A DNA stretch of 64,000 nt from a virus, in IMG/VR virus record IMGVR_UViG_3300029554_000001. One strand, written 5' to 3'. Position 1 is the first letter of the stretch, and each line of letters starts with the position of its first letter. Below the pieces are notes generated by a model. It saw only the letters and a program-made list of their open reading frames with translations. It was not told the origin of the DNA and searched no databases. The translations under genes were made by a program, and so were the position numbers. Of the stretch, positions 39,808-44,934 are shown one piece after another.

Positions 39808-39978
39808 ATGGGTTTTATGGGAGAAATTTCAGAAAATATTGGTTGGAATGATTGTATTAATTATCTTCTAAAAAATGTTGATAAATTTCAATCAACTTTA
39901 GAAGGTGGAGCTTATGATTATTTTCCAAATGATGAAATTAAAGAAATTTTAAAGAATTTAATTAGACCGGAAATCTAA
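39808..39978 (+). CDS. Hypothetical small protein
   Basis: RBS AAAGGAG before ATG 39808. The upstream part of the track ORF overlaps tRNA-Tyr. Confidence 0.55.
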   Translation: MGFMGEISENIGWNDCINYLLKNVDKFQSTLEGGAYDYFPNDEIKEILKNLIRPEI

Positions 39979-40000
39979 TAAAATTTTTGTTTTAAAACTC

Positions 40001-40029
40001 TTGACAAAATGAAAATTTTATGCTATAGT
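40001..40029 (+). promoter_or_regulatory. sigma70-like promoter (extended -10)
   Basis: TTGACA, 17 nt spacer, TGcTATAGT. Confidence 0.65.
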
Positions 40030-40106
40030 AAAAATATGATAAAGATACAAATTTATTTGTAAGCTAATTGTTCATTTTTTATTGTTCATAAAAGCATTCC
40101 TTTCAA

Positions 40107-40237
40107 GTAGACTCTAACAGCAACTTTACAATCACAAATGCTAAGGACCTGTTTGTTGGAGGTTCGAATCCTTCACTCCCGACCATCGGGAGTTAGCTCA
40201 ACGGATAGAGCAACAGATTTTGTAAAAATGAGTCTAG
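40107..40237 (+). ncRNA. ACAGCAA-stem module 4 carrying a circularly permuted tRNA with encoded ACCA
   Basis: G-TAGACTC-TA-ACAGCAA ... GAGTCTA-G with a second helix TTTACAA/TTGTAAA. Internal order: CCTGT, TTGTT, T-arm GGAGG-TTCGAAT-CCTTC, acceptor 3' ACTCCCG, A-CCA-T, acceptor 5' CGGGAGT (perfect 7 bp), TA, D-arm GCTC-AACGGATA-GAGC, A, ACAGA. Confidence 0.75.
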
Positions 40238-40292
40238 TTAATAAATTGACGCTCCTATTTTCTTCAAATAGGCAAATATAAATTCCTTTCAA

Positions 40293-40410
40293 GTAGACAC
40301 GTACAGCAAAATTACTTGATGCTTTAATGTGGAAAATTAACGATAAGGTTCGACTCCTTAATCTTCTTTAGAAGATGCGTGGTTGCTGGAAATCAAAAAA
40401 ACGTGTCTAG
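40293..40410 (+). ncRNA. ACAGCAA-stem module 5 (anticodon-arm mimic GGA, T-arm and capped helix)
   Basis: G-TAGACACG-T-ACAGCAA ... CGTGTCTA-G. Payload is TTAAT-GTGGAAA-ATTAA (40324-40340), T-arm TAAGG-TTCGACT-CCTTA (identical to module A), and ATCTTCT-TT-AGAAGAT. Confidence 0.7.
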
Positions 40411-40419
40411 GTTAAATAT

Positions 40420-40504
40420 GGCTGAGTGGCGAAATTGGCATACGCAGTTGCTTCAAGTACAACCCTCGAAAGAGATGTGGGTTCAAGTCCCACCTCAGCT
40501 ACCA
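40420..40504 (+). tRNA. tRNA-Leu (anticodon CAA), class II
   Basis: GGCTGAG/CTCAGCT, loop TTCAAGT, long variable arm, GTGGG-TTCAAGT-CCCAC, ACCA. Confidence 0.8.
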
Positions 40505-40970
40505 TAATTGCATCTCAATTGGCAGATAGCGAATGCAATTTATATTAAACTGCCCGATTCAGCAAGGATGGCTAAAGCCTTGTCGGTGCTCCATATATTT
40601 GAACTCATTTTTAGTCCGTTAAGCTAAAACCCTCTCTCCCGACCGAAGAAGGTGTAGAATACAAGTTAATGGTATTCGAATGGGAAGAACACCAACTATA
40701 AGATAAGGCAACTTACCAAGGTGCAAATATGGCAAGAAAACCTTTTGGACGAAATTGGTGCCGTGCTTACGGGGATAGATAGTTGCGCATCTATCTAAAC
40801 AAAAACTCTGATTACTGCAACTAAATCGGGGTAGGTATTGAGGTTATGGGTCATGTAACCTTAAAACACAATAAGCCGAGCATACTGCTTATTGCTCCTA
40901 ACAGGTGGTGCTGAGGATGAACAACAAAAGCCAAGTTATAGAGTTCTTGTAAAAAACTCTATTGTTATTT
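40505..40970 (+). ncRNA. ORF-free ~465-nt structured region (unknown RNA)
   Basis: No ORF in any frame in the track. GC-richer than flanks. Local helices include ATTGCAT/ATGCAAT and GATAGAT/ATCTATC. Confidence 0.3.
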
Positions 40971-41047
40971 GGAAGTATAGCTCAGTTGGCTAGAGCGCTT
41001 GGCTGTTAACCAAGATGTCACAAGTTCAAGTCTTGTTATTTCCGCCA
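40971..41047 (+). tRNA. tRNA-Asn (anticodon GTT)
   Basis: GGAAGTA/TATTTCC, CTTGG-CTGTTAA-CCAAG, ACAAG-TTCAAGT-CTTGT, GCCA. Confidence 0.9.
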
Positions 41048-41048
41048 A

Positions 41049-41125
41049 AAGTGGAGGGTGTAGGTTCGAGTCCTGCCCTGCTCGTGGGAAACCCTTGCAG
41101 GAAGCTGCTAGGTACAGCGCCACTT
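41049..41125 (+). ncRNA. Circularly permuted tRNA-like domain (no ACAGCAA stem)
   Basis: Closing stem AAGTGG/CCACTT. Order: var AGGGT, T-arm GTAGG-TTCGAGT-CCTGC, capped helix CCTGC...GCAGG, AA, D-arm-like GCTG-CTAGGTA-CAGC, G. Starts 1 nt after the CCA of tRNA-Asn. Confidence 0.5.
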
Positions 41126-41181
41126 AGAATTTCTTTCACCTTATTACGCGAAATATGGGATTGAGATGTTGCTTTAGTCGG

Positions 41182-41207
41182 GTTCTTTTACAGCAGAAAA
41201 TAAGAAC
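41182..41207 (+). ncRNA. Minimal hairpin bearing a TTACAGCAG loop (possible degenerate module)
   Basis: GTTCTT-TTACAGCAGAAAAT-AAGAAC. Confidence 0.3.
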
Positions 41208-41399
41208 GCACCTGTTTAATTGGGTTTTTTAGTTCAGTAAAAACAAGAAAAACCTCGGTTGTTTAGAAATTTTCTTCTGATATTGAATGAAAACATTTAG
41301 AGAATTCTCTCATTGCAATGCCGAAAGGTAGCAAGATATGAAAACAGCTAATTGGTGAACATATTTGCTACCGAGTAGGGATAAGAGAGAATTAAATAT

Positions 41400-41475
41400 G
41401 CTTTGGTAGCTCAATTGGTAGAGCAGTGGACTGAAAATCCACGTGTAGCCAGTTCGATTCTGGCCTAAAGCACCA
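41400..41475 (+). tRNA. tRNA-Phe (anticodon GAA)
   Basis: GCTTTGG/CTAAAGC, GTGGA-CTGAAAA-TCCAC, GCCAG-TTCGATT-CTGGC, ACCA. Confidence 0.9.
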
Positions 41476-41476
41476 T

Positions 41477-41560
41477 TGCTGGCGAGTGAAACGGATATAT
41501 AAATCACGCTTGGCTCATACCCAAGTAATAGTGGGTTCGACTCCCATGCTTCAGCAACCA
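41477..41560 (+). tRNA. tRNA with CAT anticodon (Met or Ile2), irregular acceptor/T junction and oversized D-loop
   Basis: CTTGG-CTCATAC-CCAAG is a perfect anticodon arm. T-arm GTGGG-TTCGACT-CCCAT. Acceptor TGCTGGC/TTCAGCA has 2 extra nt (GC) after the T-stem. ACCA. Confidence 0.55.
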
Positions 41561-41584
41561 AAAAATAAAAGGAAGTAAATTCTA

Positions 41585-41893
41585 ATGACTATTAATTTTA
41601 AGATTTACATTTATTAGACAGCAAATAATAAAAAGTTTGTTTATAGATGTCCTCATTGTAATAAAGGGATAATGCAAGTAGCAGAAACTAAAACTGCTAA
41701 AGATGAAACTAATTTTTTATCTTGGAATTATACTTGCCCAGTTTGTAAGAAGCAGATTGTCTCTATTGAAAAAGACGGTTGTTCTTCTTTTAAAAGTGTG
41801 TTCCCTCCAATGACTCAAATTAGTGATAAAGAATTTACTGATATTAAAAAGGATGTAGGAGAGAAGGGTATTTATCTATTCTCTGAAACATAA
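41585..41893 (+). CDS. Zn-ribbon protein (1 in-frame TAG)
   Basis: ATG 41585 and TAG 41615 are in frame with the track ORF at 41672. CPHC...CPVC. Confidence 0.55.
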
Positions 41894-41896
41894 AAT

Positions 41897-41992
41897 GCTA
41901 GCGTACAGAAATTGGTTATAACTGCCTAGACTTGAAATCTTGTGTGTTGACGTTGAATCAGCCTGTGGGTTCGAATCCTACCGCTAGCGCCA
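41897..41992 (+). tRNA. tRNA-Ser (anticodon TGA), class II
   Basis: GCTAGCG/CGCTAGC, CTAGA-CTTGAAA-TCTTG, long variable arm, GTGGG-TTCGAAT-CCTAC, GCCA. Confidence 0.8.
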
Positions 41993-42010
41993 TTAAACGG
42001 AGTCTTTAAT

Positions 42011-42217
42011 ATGAAAATTTGGAATGGAAATGATTTTGAATATCTTGGTTATTTTGTAAAAAATAATAAGAAAGCCAAATATTTTGAGGTTTTTGATAAG
42101 AATGGCAATCTTCTTTTCAAACAAACTAATTGGGGTCATGCTTGTGTGACTTCAGTTAAACATAAGATTGAAGACTTTCATAAAAAATATGGACAGGAGA
42201 TTAAAAATGAACAATAA
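42011..42217 (+). CDS. Hypothetical small protein
   Basis: 68-aa ORF. Confidence 0.55.
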   Translation: MKIWNGNDFEYLGYFVKNNKKAKYFEVFDKNGNLLFKQTNWGHACVTSVKHKIEDFHKKYGQEIKNEQ

Positions 42218-42722
42218 TAATTCAATCGAAATCGAACGTAAGTTTTTAATCTCTGGTTTTCCTAAAGTCGATTTTGATGAAGTCGGAATTGTTAAAACTA
42301 TCTATATTAATATCAAATATAATTCTGATGGAAAAATTTTACAGGAAATTCGTATAAGACGTTGGTTTGAAAGTGGCAAAGGTTATCGTCCAGATGCTCT
42401 TACTTTTAAATCTGGTGGTACTTTAACTCGTACTGAAATTGAAACAAATCTTACAGATAATTCTTTGTTTGACTGTTTTAATGAACTTGGTTATAATCCT
42501 ATTGTAAAAGATTATAGAGGTCTTTACAATAATGGCTATTTAATTGAATTCAATCTTGTAGATGGCGGTACTGATACTGCTTTCTATTATGCCGAAGTTG
42601 AATTTGATTCTGAGGAAGAAGCTAACAGTTATGTTTGGCCTTTTCCTGAAGTATTTATTGAGGAAGTTACTAATAAGCCTGAATATAAGATGGCAAATTA
42701 TTGGAAACGTACTCGTGGATAA
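42207..42722 (+). CDS. CYTH-domain (triphosphate tunnel metalloenzyme) protein
   Basis: N-terminal IEIERKFLI (ExExK signature). RBS GGACAGGAG before ATG 42207. Confidence 0.7.
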   Translation: MNNNNSIEIERKFLISGFPKVDFDEVGIVKTIYINIKYNSDGKILQEIRIRRWFESGKGYRPDALTFKSGGTLTRTEIETNLTDNSLFDCFNELGYNPIVKDYRGLYNNGYLIEFNLVDGGTDTAFYYAEVEFDSEEEANSYVWPFPEVFIEEVTNKPEYKMANYWKRTRG

Positions 42723-42746
42723 GGACTATTGTTTAGTCCTTTATTT

Positions 42747-42822
42747 GCTGGATTAGCTCAGTTGGTAGAGCGATTGATTTGTAATCAATAGGTCGGGGGT
42801 TCGAATCCGTCATCCAGCTCCA
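42747..42822 (+). tRNA. tRNA-Thr (anticodon TGT)
   Basis: GCTGGAT/ATCCAGC, ATTGA-TTTGTAA-TCAAT, T-loop TTCGAAT, TCCA. Confidence 0.85.
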
Positions 42823-42857
42823 CAAATTTTCTTGTCAAATAAAAGAGGATTTTTATT

Positions 42858-43031
42858 ATGGATGAATTTTTAATCTCAGAAGAGAATATGAAAATCTTTG
42901 AGCAGATTAAAGCTTTAAAGAAAGATAAATATACCATGAAAGATGTTAATACCATTTGCGAATTGCTTGGGGTTAAATTGTTTTGGTATCAAAAGTTTGT
43001 TCTTCTTCATCTTCTTAATGATAAAAATTAA
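42858..43031 (+). CDS. Possible 57-aa protein
   Basis: RBS AAAAGAGGA before ATG 42858. Below the track length cutoff. Confidence 0.4.
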   Translation: MDEFLISEENMKIFEQIKALKKDKYTMKDVNTICELLGVKLFWYQKFVLLHLLNDKN

Positions 43032-43042
43032 ATGAGGTACAT

Positions 43043-43324
43043 ATGCCGATAAGAAACGGAAACAATGATATTTATAGTGACATTTTCTTCCAATATTTGA
43101 ATGAGAATGAAGAGAAGATGATTGATGAAGTGGCTTCTAAGCTTGAAAAACACAATCCAGTTCTTTATCCTAAAGATGTTTCAGTAGCAATTTCGAAATC
43201 CATTTATAGTGATTATAAGAAATATCTTTATGAACATGGATATACTTTTAAGAAAGAATACTTAGAAGAATACTTAGAAGAATACTTTAAAAATTTAACA
43301 GAAGAAATTCTTAAAAACTCTTGA
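43043..43324 (+). CDS. Hypothetical protein
   Basis: 93-aa ORF containing the internal repeat EEYLEEYLEEY. Confidence 0.55.
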   Translation: MPIRNGNNDIYSDIFFQYLNENEEKMIDEVASKLEKHNPVLYPKDVSVAISKSIYSDYKKYLYEHGYTFKKEYLEEYLEEYFKNLTEEILKNS

Positions 43325-43404
43325 CAAAAGAAATTGAATGTGATATACTAAATTATAGTTTCAAATCTATTATCCAGTTTTATTAAATTTTAAGTGTGAT
43401 TAAA

Positions 43405-43638
43405 ATGAGTAAACAGATTAAATTGACTCCTTTACAAAAATTAGAGTTTATCAAAATGTGGTTGGGAAAGGATTTCTTTTTTCCTAAGCAACGTGAAGAA
43501 AAACTTTTAGATTTGTTAAAGGATGAAAAAGAAATCAAATGCTCAAAAGACTATAATTCTTACTTAGCTACTTTAAAATTTCTTGAACAAGTTCTTACAG
43601 ATGCTCAAACATGGGATGAATTTGTTGAGGATGAATAA
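43405..43638 (+). CDS. Hypothetical protein
   Basis: ATG 43405 lies downstream of TTGACA..TATACT. Confidence 0.55.
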   Translation: MSKQIKLTPLQKLEFIKMWLGKDFFFPKQREEKLLDLLKDEKEIKCSKDYNSYLATLKFLEQVLTDAQTWDEFVEDE

Positions 43639-43658
43639 AAAGAAATTTTAAAAAGTAC

Positions 43659-43687
43659 TTGACAAGATGAAGAGTATATGTTATACT
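43659..43687 (+). promoter_or_regulatory. sigma70-like promoter driving the distal RNA cluster
   Basis: TTGACA, 17 nt spacer, TATACT. Confidence 0.65.
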
Positions 43688-43719
43688 TAAGATGTGGTTG
43701 AGAGATACAACCTAAAAAT

Positions 43720-43815
43720 GCGGGAGTTAAGGAGAGGCCACCTTACCACATTCCGAGTGTGGGTTAAATCCGTCAAGAACGGTGCTCGCGGGTTCGAATC
43801 CCGTCTCCCGCTCCA
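43720..43815 (+). tRNA. Class II (long variable arm) tRNA with apparent CCG anticodon
   Basis: GCGGGAG/CTCCCGC, D-arm AAGG..CCTT, CCACA-TTCCGAG-TGTGG, about 25-nt variable arm with CCGT/ACGG stem, GCGGG-TTCGAAT-CCCGT, TCCA. Confidence 0.6.
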
Positions 43816-43942
43816 TTCCTTAGTAGTTTAAAAGACGATAAACAAATTAAAATACCCTTCAGTCGGAAAGCCTCTAATGAGTATAGAATGGCACTCAAGT
43901 AGGGAGTTCTGGATGGGCGAATCGGAACCACCAGCTAAGGAA
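43816..43942 (+). ncRNA. Cloverleaf-like element closed by an 8-bp stem
   Basis: TTCCTTAG/CTAAGGAA closing stem, then TA and D-arm-like GTTT..AAAC. Shares the 13-mer AGTAGTTTAAAAG (43822-43834) with the insert of tRNA-Ile (44638-44650). Confidence 0.35.
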
Positions 43943-43950
43943 AAATATAT

Positions 43951-44110
43951 AGGGGTGTAGCCAAGCGGTAAGGCAAGGGACTTTCAAGAATTAATTCAAG
44001 TAGAATCCAGTGGATTAGTTTAAAGACTGTTTCGACGGTATATTGGTTCAAGTCCAATATTCTTGACCAGACTCCCTGACTCGAAGGTTCAAATCCTTCC
44101 ATCCCTGCCA
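43951..44110 (+). tRNA. tRNA-Gln (anticodon TTG) interrupted by a 85-nt tRNA-like insert
   Basis: AGGGGTG/CATCCCT, Gln-type D-arm GCC-AAGCGGTAA-GGC, anticodon stem AGGGA (43976-80)/TCCCT (44073-77), GAAGG-TTCAAAT-CCTTC, G73, CCA. Loop halves CTTT (43981-84) and GAC (44070-72) sum to CTTTGAC. Confidence 0.75.
43985..44069 (+). tRNA. Nested tRNA-like gene inside the tRNA-Gln anticodon loop
   Basis: Perfect acceptor CAAGAAT/ATTCTTG, TA, D-arm ATTC-AAGTA-GAAT, stem CAGT/ACTG with a 14-nt loop, T-arm ATTGG-TTCAAGT-CCAAT, then A-CCA. Confidence 0.6.
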
Positions 44111-44139
44111 TAAGTAACAATTCAAATTATCGTTTACGT

Positions 44140-44284
44140 GTAGACGCTTACAGCAAACAATAATAAAATCAAATTCTAGTAAAAAAGATATAAATTAATA
44201 TTTAAAAAAGATTTTGGGTATTGTTCCTTGCTAATTAGTTTATGATGCTTTCATGATTCTCCTTTGTTAGTATTATGCGTCTAG
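44140..44284 (+). ncRNA. ACAGCAA-stem module 6 (AT-rich ~120-nt payload)
   Basis: G-TAGACGC-TT-ACAGCAA ... GCGTCTA-G. Confidence 0.6.
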
Positions 44285-44291
44285 TTTATAA

Positions 44292-44358
44292 GTGCCGTAC
44301 CAAGGTTGGGGTCGCTCGACGGAGGGCTTAAGAAGGGGTTCGAATCCCCCACGGTGCA
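44292..44358 (+). ncRNA. 67-nt tRNA-like element (acceptor and T-arm only)
   Basis: GTGCCGT/ACGGTGC (2 G.U pairs), T-arm (A)GGGG-TTCGAAT-CCCC(C). No convincing anticodon arm. Confidence 0.35.
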
Positions 44359-44414
44359 AGATTGAATTGTTTGGAGTACTACAAACAAGATGGTAAGTTA
44401 TTGATGATTTAAAA

Positions 44415-44479
44415 GTAAACCCTTACAGCAATTTAACTACTTAATTTTTGCTTGAAAAAAGATTATGGATAGGGTTTAG
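44415..44479 (+). ncRNA. ACAGCAA-stem module 7 (65 nt)
   Basis: G-TAAACCCT-T-ACAGCAA ... AGGGTTTA-G (G>A in the 5' strand compensated by C>T in the 3' strand). U/A-stem hairpin containing the CTTGAAA string (44451-57). Confidence 0.65.
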
Positions 44480-44495
44480 ATTTGTAATGTTAAAA

Positions 44496-44585
44496 GTAGA
44501 CACTAACAGCAATTTTAAAAAGTATTCTATATATATATTAAAATGCCAAAATTTAATTGTACATATTAACTTTTAAAGTGTCTAG
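44496..44585 (+). ncRNA. ACAGCAA-stem module 8 (AT-rich payload)
   Basis: G-TAGACACT-A-ACAGCAA ... AGTGTCTA-G. Confidence 0.6.
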
Positions 44586-44595
44586 GATTTTATAT

Positions 44596-44731
44596 AGGAC
44601 GGTAGCTTAATCGGTTTAAGCCTCCGACTTATCTGAGAGTAGTTTAAAAGTAAAACTGTTAATGTAAGTGCAAGACTTGCCTTTCAGACCAAATCGGAAG
44701 ATTGTGAGTTCGAGTCTCACCCGTCCCACCA
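44596..44731 (+). tRNA. tRNA-Ile (anticodon TAT) interrupted by a 59-nt minihelix insert
   Basis: AGGACGG/CCGTCCC (A1.C72 mismatch), D-arm GCTT..AAGC, anticodon stem TCCGA (44623-27)/TCGGA (44694-98), GTGAG-TTCGAGT-CTCAC, ACCA. Loop halves CTTAT (44628-32) and AA (44692-93) sum to CTTATAA. Confidence 0.75.
44633..44691 (+). ncRNA. Nested acceptor-stem/D-arm minihelix ending in ACCA
   Basis: CTGAGAG/CTTTCAG (7 bp, one G.U), TA, GTTT-AAAAGTA-AAAC, short hairpin, then A-CCA. Confidence 0.55.
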
Positions 44732-44749
44732 TTTATAATTAAAAATAAA

Positions 44750-44819
44750 GTAGACTCTTACAGCGATTACTTAGAGACTTGTGATGTGGGATTACATATG
44801 TTTTGAAAAATGAGTCTAG
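44750..44819 (+). ncRNA. ACAGCAA-stem module 9 (loop variant ACAGCGA)
   Basis: G-TAGACTC-TT-ACAGCGA ... GAGTCTA-G with internal hairpin TGTGAT-GTGGG-ATTACA. Confidence 0.6.
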
Positions 44820-44828
44820 CTTTATTAA

Positions 44829-44905
44829 GCGCCTGTAGTCTAATTGGATAAAACCGCACTCTTCTAAAGTGTATCTTATGAGTTCGAATCTCGTCAGGCG
44901 TGCCA
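44829..44905 (+). tRNA. tRNA-Arg (anticodon TCT)
   Basis: GCGCCTG/CAGGCGT, GCACT-CTTCTAA-AGTGT, ATGAG-TTCGAAT-CTCGT, GCCA. Confidence 0.85.
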
Positions 44906-44934
44906 CTTAAGGTCATTTGACTTTATTTAACATT

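Noticed and set aside
44292-44302. ACCA directly after GTGCCGT, as evidence for another permuted or nested tRNA
   Set aside because: Here GTGCCGT is the 5' acceptor strand and the T-arm precedes the complementary strand at 44351. The ACCA is therefore positions 8-11 and is probably coincidental.
36798-44819. The repeated GTAGAC.../...GTCTAG elements as a CRISPR array
   Set aside because: There is no constant direct repeat and no regular spacing. The two conserved halves are inverted complements of each other with compensatory changes. No cas genes are present.
36798-44819. The same elements as MITE/IS terminal inverted repeats
   Set aside because: The stems differ between copies yet stay perfectly complementary, which indicates RNA-level selection. 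The single-stranded ACAGCAA is asymmetric. There are no target-site duplications and no transposase.
38993-44819. Self-cleaving ribozymes (hammerhead CUGAUGA...GAAA, HDV-like nested pseudoknot) flanking tRNAs
   Set aside because: I found no hammerhead core. The module stem pairs the extreme 5' and 3' ends, not the HDV P1/P2 topology. I cannot exclude other ribozyme classes without covariance-model searches.
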